Shown one piece after another: positions 28,707-44,609 of a DNA stretch of 64,000 bases. How positions within the stretch are numbered: the first letter of the stretch is position 1; each line of letters opens with the position of its first letter. The DNA comes from the human T2T-CHM13v2.0 reference genome, Homo sapiens. Location of the stretch: assembly GCF_009914755.1 (NCBI RefSeq), contig NC_060926.1; one strand, 5' to 3'. The position numbers and the translations under genes are program-made. The notes below the pieces were generated by a model, which worked only from the letters and a program-made list of their open reading frames with translations, did not search any database and was not told the DNA's origin.

Positions 28707-29167
28707 TGTTATGGGTTGAATTATGTCCCTCACAAAAGATGTGCTGAAGTCCTAACCCCCAGCACCTTTTTGAAAGTAGGGTCGTTACAGATGTAATCAA
28801 GCTCTAAAATGGGGTCATGAGGATGGGCCTTAACCATCTATGACAGTTCCTGATAAAAAAAAAAAATTTGTACACAGAGACACATAGACACAGAAGGAAG
28901 ATGATGTGAGGACACAGGTAGGCCACCACGTGAAGACAGAGGATGGGTGATGCACCTACAAGCCAAGGAACACCAAAGATCGCTGGAAACCTCCAGAAGC
29001 TGGAAAGAGGCAAGGAAGGGCCCCTGCAGGTTTCAGAGGGAGCACAGGCCTGCCAACACCTTGATTTTTGACTTCTAGCCTCCAGAACTGTGAGACAATA
29101 CATTTCTGTTGTTTTAAGTCACCTAGTTTGTGATACTTTTTTAGGACAGCCCTAGAAAACCAATATA
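28707..29167 (+). mobile_element. MaLR solo LTR (MLT1B/C-like) inserted in L1
   Basis: Starts tgttatgggttgaat and ends cagccctagaaaaccaatata. Exact 5-bp TSD AGCTA at 28702-28706 and 29168-29172. Confidence 0.9.
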
Positions 29168-29874
29168 AGCTATTGTGTAAAACAGCTGAGCAGCTCCTCA
29201 AAACATTAAACATAGAGTTACCCTATGACTCCACAATTCCACTCCCAACTACACACACCCAAGAGAAATGAAAACAGATGTCCACACAAAAACTTGTACA
29301 TGAATCCTCATGGCAACATTAGTCATAATAACCAAAAAGTGAAACAACCCAAATGTCCACCAACTGATGAATGGAAAAACAACATGGGCTACACTCATAT
29401 AATGGAATATTACTCAACCATAAAAAGGGAGCTACAGCATAGATGTACCTTGAAAATATTATGCAAAGAAAAAGAAGCCAGTCTTGAAGACCACAGCTAT
29501 GAAACCATCAGAATCGGCAAATATATAGAGACGGGAAGATTAGTGGCTACTGATTGCTGGGGTGAGGTCGGGGAGAGATAGAGGGATTAGGGGTTCAAGC
29601 TAAAGGGTACAGGGTTTCTTTCCGAGCTGCTGAAAATCTTCTAAAATTGACTGTGGTGACAGTCACACAACTCTGTGATGATACAAAAAAAATCATTGAA
29701 TTGTACACTTTAAATGGGCGTATTGTGTGGTATGTGAATTAGTTATACCTCAATAAAGTTGTTAAAAAAAAAAACCAGGAAAGAAAGCCCTCAACCCCAG
29801 GAAGCGCTATTAAATACATGGGATTGTGCTAGCACTGGCCAAGAAGACAGAGCTTGGTCTCCAGAAGCCATAGA

Positions 29875-30692
29875 CCAATGGTTCTCAAATGTGGCTGCAA
29901 AGGAAGTGCACATGGGAAATGTTATTAAAATAAATTTTATTAAGATATAATTTACATACAACAAAATGCATCCCTTTTAGGAATAGAGTTCAACGGGTTT
30001 TGACAGGTGCATGCATAATTACCACAATCCAGATAGAGAACAATTCCATCCCCCAAGGAAGTTCCTTCACACACCTTTGCAGCCAATCTCCCCACCACTC
30101 CCAACTCCAGGTAACTACTAATCTGCTCTGTCACTAGCGATTTGTCTTTTCCAAATTGCATTAAAAGGGAATCACCCAGTATGTGCCCTTTTTGTGTCTG
30201 GCTTCTTTCACTCAGCATGACGTTTTAGAGGTTCATCCACACTGTTGCGCATAGATCATTCCTTTTTATTGCAGTGTAGTATCCCACTGTACTATGACAT
30301 TGCAATTTCTTTATCCATTTACCTGTCATTGAATATAAAGGTTCGTTCCAGTTTGGGGCTATTGGAAATAAAGCTGCTATGAATATTTGTGAACAAGTCG
30401 TCTTTTTACAGACATGTGTTTACTTCTCTCGGATAAATATCTTGGAGTGGAATTTCTGGGTCATACAGCAAGTGTATGTTGGATTTTATAAGAAATGGCC
30501 AAACTGTTTCTAGAGCAGCTGTACCATTTTACATTCCCACCACTGGTTACCACTTTTAAAAATCCCAATGCCCAGGTCAGGTCGTAGCCAAAACTAATTA
30601 AATCAGAACCTCCAGGGAGTAGAATACAGACATCGGTTTTCTTAAAGCACCAAGGTGATTCTAATGTGCAGACAAGACTTCAAACCACTGCT
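29875..30692. mobile_element. MER5-type hAT element split by an antisense L1M 3' fragment (~29935-30550)
   Basis: Ends caatggttctcaaa and ttcaaaccactg with the internal gattctaatgtgcag motif. The middle is reverse-strand L1 3' UTR (tggcttctttcactcagcat, aataaagctgctatgaa). Confidence 0.75.
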
Positions 30693-31925
30693 AGAGATCT
30701 CAGGGGCCATTCAGCAGGCAAACAAGCGAAAGACATATCATATTTGCCTATAGAATTTCCTCACTCTTCCTTGATAATAGAGAGAGAGAAAAGAAGGAAA
30801 AACAAAAGCAGTGTCTATCCAGTCTTCACACCACTGCCCTCAGAAAGCTTTGTTGATCTCTCAGATTCTCTCCACCTTACAGGAAGTAGGAGAAGGCCAG
30901 AAGAATACAAAATAATAAGTACATATTAGCAACTTTTTAACAACTGAGTTTTGAGCTTAGCATTTTAGTAGGGTTACCATTCCCAGCCCTCACAAGAGCT
31001 CTACAAGATAAGTACTACTAGAATCACCATGTTACAGATGAAGAAGCTGGGGCTCAGAGAGGTTCAGTAACTTGCCCAAGATCACACAGCCAGTTATTGA
31101 TGCAGCAGGGATTTAAACTTAAGTCTGTCTCCAAAGTCCAAGAGCTTAAACACTCCACTAGGCTCAGAGCCATCGATGGTCCTGGGGCCATGAACCTCCT
31201 CCCACTCAGGTATTTCTGGTAGCAGGAGAATACAAGCCTCCAACCCAACTGTAAAAGAAGGCTGCAGGTGTGTTTACAAGACTAGCAGGAAAGGTAATCT
31301 GCAATGAGACTGAAAGGTGGGGGTTAATTATGGGATTTCCTTTCCTTTCAAGCTTAAAGGATGAGATTTAAGCCCTTTTGGTACAGGGGAGGAGACCAAG
31401 CTGTTGCTGCAGCCTCCTCCCTCCGCCTCAGTTGGTACTTGGGACTGGAAAGAGGTAACAGAGAGCTAAGGAAGGAAGCCAGTGGATAAGAAAGAGCCAC
31501 CCAAGAGGCTGAAGCCTGGGCCATCTGCCTGCCCAGCAGCTGCCTGGTCCTTTCACTGAACTCTTGTCTGACCTGCAGCAGACAAAGAGTATTTGGCTGG
31601 AACAGGCTGCTGTTGTCAACTGAAACTGCTATTTCAAAACAAGGAGTGAGGATCAGCAGGGAGGAAAGCATTTTTCAAAATGTATCCAGGGGCTAGGGGA
31701 AACTGGGTGCTTGCCACACAGGAACTTTCTGTACTATCCTTTGCAACTTTTCTGTAAACCTAAGACTATTCTAAAATTAAAAGTTTTACTTAAAATAATA
31801 AATACATAAATAAAAGTTATTTGAAAGTTATGGAGTCATATAGCAGGGGACAGAAGAGAAAAGCAAAAAGGAAGAAAAGCTGCTGTATACACACAGCACA
31901 TGTGCTAACATAAAAGTGGAAGGCA

Positions 31926-32240
31926 GGCAGGGTGTGGTGGCTCATGCCTGTAATCTCAGCACTTTGGGAAGTCAAGGCGGCCAGATCACTTGAGCCCAGG
32001 AGTTCAAGACCAGCCTGAGCAACATGGCGAGACCCTGTCTCTACAAAAAGTAAAAAGAAAATTAGCCAGGTGTGGTGGCGCACACTGCAGTCCCAGCTCG
32101 GACTCGGAAGGCTGAGGTGGGAGGATTGAGGATGGCTTGAGCCCATGAAACTGAGGCTGCAGTGAATCGTGACCACACCACTGCACTCTGCCCTGGGCAA
32201 CAGAGTGAGATCCTGTCTCTGAAAAAAAAAAAAAAAAAAA
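31926..32240 (+). mobile_element. AluJ-like element
   Basis: cacttgagcccaggagttcaagacc with a poly(A) tail. Degenerate TSD aaaagtggaaggca / aaaattggaagaca. Confidence 0.92.
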
Positions 32241-32689
32241 AAAATTGGAAGACAAGTCCTGGGCCATTCATTTTAAATCCTCAACAGGAGAGAAACAACT
32301 GGGGACAGATAAGGACCCCAATGAGGGGTAAGGGTGGGAATTAAGGAGACTGGGAATTTGCTTCCTTCAGGAGATGTAGAATGGGGTTTCCATGAACTAC
32401 AGTAAGATTCCTGGCTCTGACCCAGGCCCCTCTCTCCAGTGTCTGATGCTTTCACGCTTGTTCTCTCTCCTCACCTGCTCCCTGCCCATTTAACCCAGAG
32501 CAGACCAGAATCACATCGAAGGCCCCTATGCCAAGGTGCCATTAGCCAAGTTGGGCACCGTCATGGGGCCTGGATGTTGGATCTGTACAATGGGGCCACC
32601 GTGAGCCCTGCCCACCTCACAGAACTGCAAAGACGAGGGAAAACATGTTGTAGATTACAAAGTTCTGTGTAGACAGAGGTGACTAAGGG

Positions 32690-33135
32690 TTCATAGCAGG
32701 TCTGCTCCTAACAGTCCCAAACGGGAAAGAACCCAAATGGCAATCAACAGTGGAATGGATAAATACATTGTGGTTTCTTCACGTAATGGAATACAACATA
32801 GCAATTAAAAAGAATGAGCTCCTGCAATCCGCAAGAACACGATGAGCCTCCCAGACATAATGCTGAGTGAAATACGCCGGATACAAAAGCAAACATACTG
32901 TGTGATTCCATTTCGATGAACATTCAAGAACAGGCAAAACTAATCTCTGATGATACAGATAAAGATAGCAATTACCTTTGGGGTATATTGACTTGAAGGA
33001 ACATAAGGGTTGCTTTTTGGGTGCTGGGAATGTTCTAGATCATGATCTGGTTCTCATGTATGTACAAATCTATCAGGATGTACGTTTGAGTTTTGTATAA
33101 TTGAGAGTGTGAATTATACCCCAATTAGAAAAAGG
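32690..33135 (+). mobile_element. L1ME-type 3' fragment
   Basis: Contains aacagtggaatggataaatacattgtgg and aacaggcaaaactaatct. Confidence 0.75.
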
Positions 33136-33721
33136 AATATGATTAGAATTATTATTTGCAGCACCCTCTGTGTCAGAAGATAGGAAGGTTTTTGGGAGGG
33201 GTATTTAAAGTGATTTTGCTGCTACTTCTTTCCTGCTTTCCTCCATCCCCTCAGCCTCTCCCCAGAAAGGAAGACTTGTTTCTCAAAATTCCTTTATTCT
33301 ATCCTTTTATCCCTTTATAGGCACTCCTACTATGGACTAGGTACTATTCGGGAAGCTGGGGTGGAACCTAGCTCTCAACCTTCCGATGGGCAATCAACAC
33401 ATAGATAACATTGACTATGAGCCGGCACCGAGGCTCTACCTCTACCAGCAGGAACATTTTCTCTCAAGCACGTCCAAGTGGCAGAGAGCTGGGCACAGAA
33501 TATCTGGGATCCTTTCCAGGCTTTGACTATCGTTCCAAGAAAGGAGAAAGGTGCCTACTATATGCCAATGTGCATTTAATCCTCTGCAACCCAGCTTACA
33601 TATCTAGAAGGCAGCAGGGGTAGAGTTCAAACCCAAGTATGTCTGATTCCCGTACCCTGCCCTTCCCAACACACCCACGGCCTCCTAGCTGCCAGGTCAG
33701 CATTGCCCTGTCTCTGGGCAT

Positions 33722-34265
33722 CTGTAGTGTCACCCTCCAAGATGGCCCCCACTGATTCTTGCCTCATGGTATTCAAGCCCTTATGTAGATTCTTTCCACA
33801 CTGAATAAGGCTGACCTATGTAACCAATAGGATATTGTAGAAATAACAGTGTGTCTTCCAAGGATAGTGTATAAAAGACATTGTGGGTTCTGCCTTGCTC
33901 TCTCTTGAATCATTCATTCACTCTTGGGAAACCAGCCACCATGTTGTAAGGACACTCAAGCAGCCCTATGGAGAGGTCCGTGTGGTGAGAAACTGAGGCT
34001 ACCTGGCAACAGCCAACCCCAACTTGATAGCCACATGACAGAACCACCTTGGAAAATGATCCTCCAGCCCCAGTCAGGCCTTGAGAAGACTGCAGCCCCA
34101 GCCAACATCTCAGCTGCAACCCCATGAGAGACCCCTAGCCAGAACCAGTCAGCTAAGCCACCCCCAACATCCTGACCCCCCAAAACATTTATTATTATGA
34201 GATAATAAGTGTTTGAAGCTATTTTAAGCTACTAAATCTGGGGGCCATTTATTACACCATATCAC
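33722..34265. mobile_element. MaLR solo LTR (MLT1E/F-like)
   Basis: Contains ccaagatggccccc, cactcaagcagccctatggagagg and ctccagccccagtcagg motifs. Confidence 0.8.
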
Positions 34266-34499
34266 TCTGTATACATAACACAGCCCCTGTCAGAACTATC
34301 GCTTCGTGCTGCAGGAACAGTGAGGGTGGCGTGTGAAGGCATTAGGAACCAGCCACTTACCAGAGGAGTGACTACAGCAGGCTGAATAGGAGAGGACCAA
34401 CATCAGCAAGAAACCCCAAGTGCATGGGGGGACTGTGAAAAGGAGACCAAGCAAAGCTGAAACCCTGGAGCCATCTTTCCTAGAAATTTCTCGCATACC

Positions 34500-35130
34500 T
34501 CGTCTATCTCAGTAAGTGAAACCATGTGCACCCAATTACTCTGGCCAAAATCTGGGAGTCATCTTTAAGCCCACTCCTGCTCTCACACCCAAAATCCGAT
34601 GGCTCAGCGAGGCTCCAGCTCTCCCTCAGAAGGCATCCCAGACCCAGCCCCTCCTCACTGCTTTTCTGGCTAGCACCATGGACTAAGCCACCAGGCTCTC
34701 TCGAGTGGGCAACATCAGCAGCCTCTTGGCCCATGTCCCTACTCCCACCCTGGTGCCTGCTCAAGGCCAGAGTGGCCTTCTCAGAGTGGAAATCCAATCG
34801 CGTCCCTCCAGCCCAAACTCCCCAGCACTCACTACTCTCCAGCCCTCTTTCAAGCGTAACAAGTTCCTCTCACCTCAGGGCCTTTGCACCTGCTCTTTCT
34901 CCTCCCCCACATCATCATCTGGGTCCCACCTCACATGACTCTTCCTCCAAGGAGTCTTTCTGGGCTACCTTAGCAGAATTCTCTAACCCATTGCTCCAGC
35001 TCATTCCCTTCAAAACTTGTTTGCCTATTTAGTGCCTGTCTCCCCTATTAGATTGCAAGACCCATGAGGGCCAAGACCTTCTCTATCTGTTCACTTAGAA
35101 CAGCATTTGGCCCGTGGAAGGAGATTACTA
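34500..35130. mobile_element. L2 fragment (others at ~5200-5300, 39400-39990, 48030-48500, 55420-55700)
   Basis: Typical L2 3' motifs ctcagggcctttgcacctgct and gtctcccctattagattgcaag. Confidence 0.65.
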
Positions 35131-37239
35131 ATGAATCCTGCCTAGAAGCAGGGGATGGACAAGATGACCTCAAGGTTGACGAGGCTATAAAATCCACAGT
35201 ATAGAGCTCTGCTGTGGCTCTGTGGCTCCCGCTGCCCTTCCCAGCAGGAGGAAAAGGCAGGGCGGCAGTAAGAGCTCTGGTTTCAGAGAAAGACCCACCA
35301 GCTGGGTGGAGCGCTCACCACCAGTGGGTCCCATTCCCTATAGAGGAAACTCCTATACAAAGCCCATCTGTCTGCCTGGTTGCTGCCCTGCCAGTCTACC
35401 CTCTCCCCCACTTAGTTGGCCTCCTTGGGCAGGGCAGAGCAGCACTGCGGCAGCCTGGTGCATTCTGAGCCCCCAGCACACGTGAGAGACTCCTCAGGTA
35501 GGCTATGCCCCCAAAAAGTCATCTTTGCCATTTGCCTGTTCCCATGCACAAGGCTACTGCATGACAAGGGGCCATCTGTCATATCTTTCTGGGCCTCTCT
35601 GGGCCACCCATCTCCCCCAATCAGACCCTTCACTGCCCGGAAGTTTATCCCCTTATCCTTCCTAAATATATCCTGCTGCTGTCAAGAGATGGAAAGCAAA
35701 AGGAAGAATGGCAGGCAAGGATGGAGAAATGCATGCCAGTAGGCAGTGAGAGACAAGGAGAAGGAAGCACAAAGGCCCAGGGACAGAGAGCAGGTGAAGA
35801 ATTACACCGGGACACCTTGGGGAAGTCACTCAACGTGGGGCGCCTCAGTTTCCTCATCTGTAAAACAACAGAATCTTTTGGCCAATGTTTTATGCTCTAA
35901 AGGAATTAAAAGAACAAAGTCTGATAATGCATGTGAAATGCTGTCTAAGACCCAAAGCACTGTACAAATGTCCATTGCTATTAAAAGAAAAGGTTGCAGG
36001 AAGGGCAGTACGAAGGGGTAGACTGGGGAGGAGCAAGAAAACTGGAAAGTTCTGGAGTTTAAGGCAAAAAACTCTGCTCTGGATAAACAGAACAAGGAGG
36101 GAGGTGGAAGGAGAAGCAGAAACGTACTCTCCATCCAGGGGAGGAAAGGCTGAGAGAGGCCGCAGGAAAGGAGAAGACAAGGGAAGGGGCAGAAAACCCA
36201 CTGCATGGAGGTACCTGCTGCAAGCCAGGCCCTCTGCATCTCTGCAAGGGGAGCATTCCAAGCTGGAGTCTACAGATGGAGACGCCCTCCAGCAAGGTGT
36301 GTGCTCGGCTTTAGTAAAGTTTCTTTGGAGGAAGATTCTTCCCAGACCTGCTTGATCCGTCAGCACCCCTTCCCCAAGGTAACACTTGTCCCTCTAAGCT
36401 CCCAGTAGCTGAGCATCAGTCATGACATTTTTGAGCACCCACCCTGTGCCAGGCACTGGGCTGGGCACTTCACATACATTACCTCATTGAATTCTCACAA
36501 CAACTTTATGAGGTAGGCTTCTTATTCCCATATCCTTGAGAATGAAACAGAAACTCAGAGAGGTACATAACTTGCCCAAGGCCACCCAGCTAATAAGAAG
36601 CAAAACATGAGATGTACCAGATACAGGTCCTCAACTGCTCAATGAATGCTCCTTCTGGAAGCATCTTCTCCTTCTACTCCCTGAACTCCTTGAAAGGTCA
36701 AATATGAAGAGCAAACGTAGGGAGTGAAAGGGCAGGGAGGGTTACAAGCAACAATGGCAGAAGGTGCAGACATTGGCTGCAAGTGAAAGGCAAGGAACGC
36801 CATTTCCACCCCTAGGCAGAGCTGAGCCCATTGGACAGAACCATTTCCTTCCCAAACTCATAATCCATCTTGGTGCCAATCCCCCACCCCCTGTTACTCC
36901 AAGAAGCTGATATATGACTCCTGTGTCCAAACCTCAGTGGATACATCAGGGGCTGAGCCAGCCTGGCCAACCAGGGCCCAGCAATCCCTCCAGTCTTCTT
37001 GCCTCAGTTTCCCTTTCCCATCAAGACCAGCCAGAAAATACTCATGGGGAAATTGAGGACCAAAAGAAGACCTGGCCAATAAAGAGGAAGGGACAGTCTC
37101 TCAGGCGGTTCCAGACCAGCCAATCCTGACCTCCGACCTCATTCTCCATTTATCCCACCCACCCGCTTCTCCTGCCCTCGGGGTCCTGTGGCTGTGGACA
37201 CTGAGGTTTTCTAGGTTGGCCAAATTGAGCCAACTGGGG

Positions 37240-38000
37240 TTGTGCGCGGCCCGGGGTAATTGAAATGGATCCCCTCCCCCTTTCCCTCTCCCCCTTGAGA
37301 ACTAGCAGAAACACCTTCAAAGGCCGCTCTCTGGGAGCTCGGTCCCCATCAGCCACCCCCGGTAACCGCCCAGATTGCGCTCCGCGCCCCCCACCCAGAT
37401 CCCCCGATTCCCCAGCCCGCCCCTGCCCCCGCCCCCGGGCCTTCGCCTTCACCTTGACCTGCGCCCGCTCCCAGGCCCAGGCGCTTTGCATAAACAAAGA
37501 GAGGAGGAGGGACGCCCCGGGCACCGCCCCCGCCCCGCCGGCGCCCCCGCTCCAATCTGGGACCCCGAGCCAGGCCTGTCCCAAGTCCTCCCGGGCCCGC
37601 CAGCCCGCGGCCCCTTACCTTGGCCTGGCATTTCCGATGACAGGAGAAGCTGCAGACTGCAAGAGGGCGAGACACAGAAAGAAAGTTTTAGCCGCGAGGT
37701 ATGAAATGGAAACTCCGCGAAATCTCCTCCCACCCCAGCCCGCAATCCGCGCTCGGGAAGGAAGGAGGGAAGGAGGGACGGAGGGAAGGAGAGAGGGAGA
37801 GAGGGAGGGGACGGAGGGGAGCGGCTGCCGGGCCTGCGGGGCGGGAGTGCCCGGGACTGAGGACCCGCGGCCGGGGAGGCAGGGGGCTCCCAGAGCCAGA
37901 GCCCCTCCGGGTGCGGGAAGGTGGGGGGAGCAAAGGGGGGGGTCCCCCACTGGACCCCTGCCAGGGGCAGAGGTAGCCCGGACCCGGGCCCCACGCCAGC
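37240..38000. promoter_or_regulatory. Intragenic CpG island with GC boxes, enclosing exon 3
   Basis: Very high GC and CpG density (cgcgcc, ccgcccccgccccgccggcg) against CpG-depleted flanks, with multiple Sp1-type CCGCCC motifs. Confidence 0.85.
37619..37656 (-). CDS. TNS1: Tensin 1 38-nt coding exon, second part of C1 domain (VCSFSCHRKCQAK)
   Basis: Acceptor tctcgccctcttgcAG (37658-37657). G from the previous exon plus TC gives Val, followed by 12 codons and donor AAG|GTAAGG. It continues the C-x2-C-x4-H-x2-C motif in frame. Confidence 0.93.
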
Positions 38001-39335
38001 CCCACCAAGGAATAAGGGGGGCCTTCTCCCCTTACACACACACCAGGCAGGCAGACGACATCGCAAACCACAATCACACTTACTCTGCCCCAGAGACAGA
38101 CACACAGACACAATTCAGAGTCCAGGAGCGGGCCCACGCATATACACATTACACCCACACCCACACACTCACCCAGAACCACTCCCACCCATCCACACAG
38201 CCATCCACGCACACACACACAGTCTCACACACACAGATTCATCCAGGAAGAGCCCTGACTCAGGGCACCAACACACACAATTTTGTGGGACACCATCAGT
38301 TGCAGCCTGACACAGATTTGTGGACACAGACACGTGAACAGATGCTCACATAAACTTCATGTGCATGACTTGAAACACACAGACACACACACACACACAC
38401 ACACACAGGACTTGCTCTTCCTCCCATTACCAGAAGCTGGAATCAAATTTCCTATAAGGTTCCCGAAGCCTGGAATGTCCCCAGCCCTGCCGCCCCACCC
38501 CCCAGGGCTCTGGGACTCCACCAAGGGATTTGGTGACCTCCCTGCAGATCTCATGGGTGGGCGAGGGGTCTCCCGAGTTGGGTTTTGCACTGCTTTGGGT
38601 CTTGTTGGCTGCCCAGGACCTGCTAAGGCTGGGGGGTTAGGAACTCTGGTTAGAGAACTGGGGAGGGGGAGATAGGGGAGTGCCCTGACTCCAAATCCTC
38701 AACAGCCACAGCCCAGGACCACAGCCATCCACCTCCTTCTCCTGGATCTATTGCACCCCACCCCCTTCCAGCTTTGAACCAACCTGATTCTCAGCAGACT
38801 GCAGAAAGGGAGGTTGAGGCACAGATGAATGCCCGGAGCAGCCCAGGGAGGCTCCGGGGTTCCCCACACTAAGGCTTCTTCTGATTTGTCTGAGGCAGAA
38901 GGGGCTGGGCATGGGGAAGGGGGAGAAGCTGGGAAGCACACTGGGTGGTGCCTGGAAAGGGACCTTGGCCACTGGCCCTAACATGGGATCTTCTTCTCTC
39001 AGAACCTAGTCCTGGCCCAGCCCAGGCCTGTGACTCACCGGTGCTGAGCAAGGTTTTCCTGACCCCACCAGCCACCCAGCCTAGCTCAGGGACATCTCCA
39101 CCCTGGCCACAGCAGGACATACTCCCCACTCAGCCACACAAGCGTTACCCATCACTCTGGTCTTTCTGCTTCTCCCTCTCCCTCAGCACCACCACCAGCC
39201 CGGGTAGCAACTCCCTCACTTCGCAAAGGTGTTCCCTCTTGGACACCAGCAGCCTCCCTTGCCCCACCCCATCCAAATAGAGGAAACGTCCCCTTTGTTG
39301 GTCCAACAGTGTGGGCTCCTTCCAGGGGGACCTGC

Positions 39336-39350
39336 CTCTCTCTCTCTCCT

Positions 39351-39400
<50 letters not shown>
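39336..39400. repeat. Compound microsatellite (CT)n(AC)n(AG)n
   Basis: Seen directly in the sequence. Confidence 0.97.
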
Positions 39401-39403
<3 letters not shown>

Positions 39404-40749
39404 CCTGGTACACAGGAGAGGCTTAATAAACGTTTGCTGAGTTGGACCTGTCTGAAGATATCCCCTGTGGTTTATGCGCACCCCAATTTAGTCATGTCCC
39501 CCCGACTCTCAGATCGTTCCTGAGCTGTAGACCGCCACCTCAACATCTCATGTTCAACCAAAAAGGCATCTCTAAGCATCCACCCCAGTCTAGACATGAG
39601 GGACACAATGGGGGCCGGGACTCCACCTCCCTCCAGCATGCTCCCTGCTCTGCCAGTTCCCAGAGTGCCTCAGGGCCTTGGCACTTGCTGTGTCAGCTGC
39701 CTGGTACACTCCCCCTCACCCCAGCACCCCATCGTTCCCTGGACCAAATCCCTCTTATCCTTTGGGAATCCACCCAAAGTCATCTCCTCAAAGAGGCCTC
39801 CCCTGACCACTCAAATTAGAGTAGCTTTCCAATTATTCCTTTTCAGCACACCGGTTATTTCCTGGTTATTTTCTGAAGTTGCCCTGGGTAACTTCTCTCT
39901 AATCTATCTCCCCACACTACACTCAGAGGGCAAGGAGCATGCCTGTCTCCTTTGCACTGTAGCCCCAGCAGCTAGGACAGTGTCTGCTTCAGGCCCATGA
40001 GACCATACAGCATCTTTGTGCAAACTAGAAGGAGGCCCATCCCCTGGGCAGACCAGCCCCAGGGACACACAGCTGGGCTCATGCACAGTGTCTTTGTGGA
40101 AATGGTGAGAAGGTGCCCTTTCTCCAGGCAGATCAGCCCTGTGCCAAAATGCATGGCTTGGTAGGCAAAGGGTGGGCTGACTCCTGTGCTCTCTCGGGTA
40201 GGCACCCTTGGCAGTGCATGGCCTGCCTGACTGTACAGGGCAGCCCTGCCTGTCACACAGTGGGCACACACTCAGCAAATGCCCTCAAGTGGGGGGGCAA
40301 ATGGAGAAATCATCAGGTAATTGCAATACGCTATGCTGAGTGCTTCCTGTACACTGGAATGCAGAAAGCTTGTCCTTGGCAGCTCTACAGAGGGGAACGA
40401 GGGAAGACCACTCCCACCCCAGCTCCCAGCCCAGAAGACAAAAGCTTAGCAAACTGAAAGCAAGTGGCAGATGCCAAGCAGGACAGGCTTGGCCAAGCCC
40501 CCATGAATGGATATTGACACCTGCAGAAGCAACCGCCTCCAACCCCAAGGAGGCCCGCTTGCTGAGTTTCCTCCAGGGAAGCCCTCTTTGCGTGCCTATC
40601 CACCTGTCTCACATATCCTCCCAAGGGGCAGTATGTCCTCCTCTCTAACGTGCATCCGTCTTGCTGTAATCTCAAGTTTGGGCCTGTCAATCTGCTGGCC
40701 TCTCACTTTCAGATCGATGAAATATTCAGATGTGTTACAGAATGGGAAA

Positions 40750-41620
<871 letters not shown>

Positions 41621-41939
41621 GAACACAAGACCCATCAGAATGCAAAAGCCAAAGGTAGCAGATGCTGGGAACCAAGGCCAGAGGCCATCTCCTGGGTCCT
41701 ACCTTGCTGCTTGGTGCCTGCAAACTCTCGCTTTAACTCCTTCCTCACTTCCCTTACCCTACCAAGTAATTAGTCATTGTGTCCCAGAAAGTAACTCTTA
41801 AGAGGCTAAGGTATTCTGTAACAGCCCGACTAAGACACCCCCCACCACCAATGCCACCCACCCCTTCCTCCCTTCAACTGAGAAAGGGGAAAAACCCAGG
41901 TTCCAACCCTGGGAACATCAGACACTGCTGGGGAGACAG

Positions 41940-42003
41940 CCAGTCTGTGAGTGACAGGGACCAGTCTGTGAGTGACAAGGGACCAGTCTGTGAGTGACAG
42001 GGA
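41940..42003. repeat. 21/22-bp unit x3 (ccagtctgtgagtgacaggga)
   Basis: Three adjacent near-identical copies. Confidence 0.92.
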
Positions 42004-42686
42004 TGCTCACTCCATAGGTACCATTTCTCATCAGAAGGATGGGGACATGCAGGGAGAAACAAGAGCAGGAAAACCCCAGCCTTCTCTTCTCCTGAGTCCT
42101 CCCCCAGATACACATGTCAGGATGGGCCCTACCTGAGCAGATCATGGCCTCCCAGCTACTACAGAAGGCCCCGAAATTACAAACCCACGTATGCACCCTC
42201 CTGAGCCAGTGACCCTGTCCAACCGGAGCTCCATGGAGCCCCAGGAGCCCTATCTCTGCCCACGATGTCAGCACTGCCCCTGCACAGCAGGGCCCAGTGG
42301 TGGCCTGAGAGGGAGCAGAGAGCCCCTTAGTGGGAAGGGACCCTTAGATTACTCTGCTGGGGTGAAGAACTGCACCCCCAGCCCTTGGCCCCAGCTCCCA
42401 CCCCAGCTGGGCTGCCGGTACTCTGTCCTGGGGTTGCTTCCTGCCTCTCGGGAACACAGGAAGCCAACATTGTTGGGATCTAAATGGCCTTTTCCTCCTG
42501 GACTTGGGTCGGAAAATGAGCACATAGCCTCAGTGTGCACCTGACCCCGGCGATAACCACTCGCATGCCCGGTCCGGCTTCAGCTCCTTCCATGGCCGGC
42601 ACAGAGGCACAGGCCTGGCCACCTGCCTGCTCACCGGCCACTCACCCTGCCCTGCCAGTTCATCTCCAGGACCTGGGCTGGAGGTA

Positions 42687-43104
42687 TGCAGTGGTTAATT
42701 TAATGAATCAACTTGTCTAGGCCACGGTACCTAGATATTCGGTGAAACACTATTCTGGATGTTTCTGAGAAAGTCGGTTGGTTTTATTTTTTAGATGAGA
42801 TTCACATTTAAATCAGTAAACTATGAATAAAGCACATGACCCTCCATAATTTAGGTGGGCCTCATCCAATCAGTTGAAGGCCTTAATAAAGAAAACCAAC
42901 CTCCCCAAGCAAGAAGGAATTCTGCCAGCACACGGCTCTGGACTCGAGCTACAACAGGCAGGGGTACCCCACCTGCCAACCTACCCTGCAGATTTTGAAC
43001 CTGCCACAGCTCTACAATCACGTGAGACAATTCCTTAAATAAATCTCTTTTTTTCTACACACATCCTGTTGGTTCTGTTTCTGCAGAGAACCTTGACTGA
43101 TACA
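42687..43104. mobile_element. ERVL solo LTR (MLT2-like)
   Basis: Runs from tg..gtggttaat..tcaacttg to gagaaccttgactgataca. TSD aggta/aggtg. Confidence 0.85.
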
Positions 43105-43174
43105 AGGTGTCTCAGGGGATGGTCGGGGGACATGGTGTGGCTCTGAAGTAAGAACAGGAAGAAACCTTCCAGAT

Positions 43175-44040
<866 letters not shown>

Positions 44041-44140
44041 TTCTAGATCATCCCATCCAGTAGTGTTCAAACTTTTATTTTTACAGCTAAATTCCTCAAG
44101 CAGATGGGCTCCTGTGTGGAATCACAATGATGCTGGTTAA

Positions 44141-44609
<469 letters not shown>

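Noticed and set aside
37265-38353. 362-aa plus-strand ORF
   Set aside because: It crosses a CpG island and CA-rich low-complexity sequence, has no recognisable domain, and is antisense to a real exon.
38451-38459. CCTATAAGG as a CArG box
   Set aside because: It has only five A/T bases between CC and GG.
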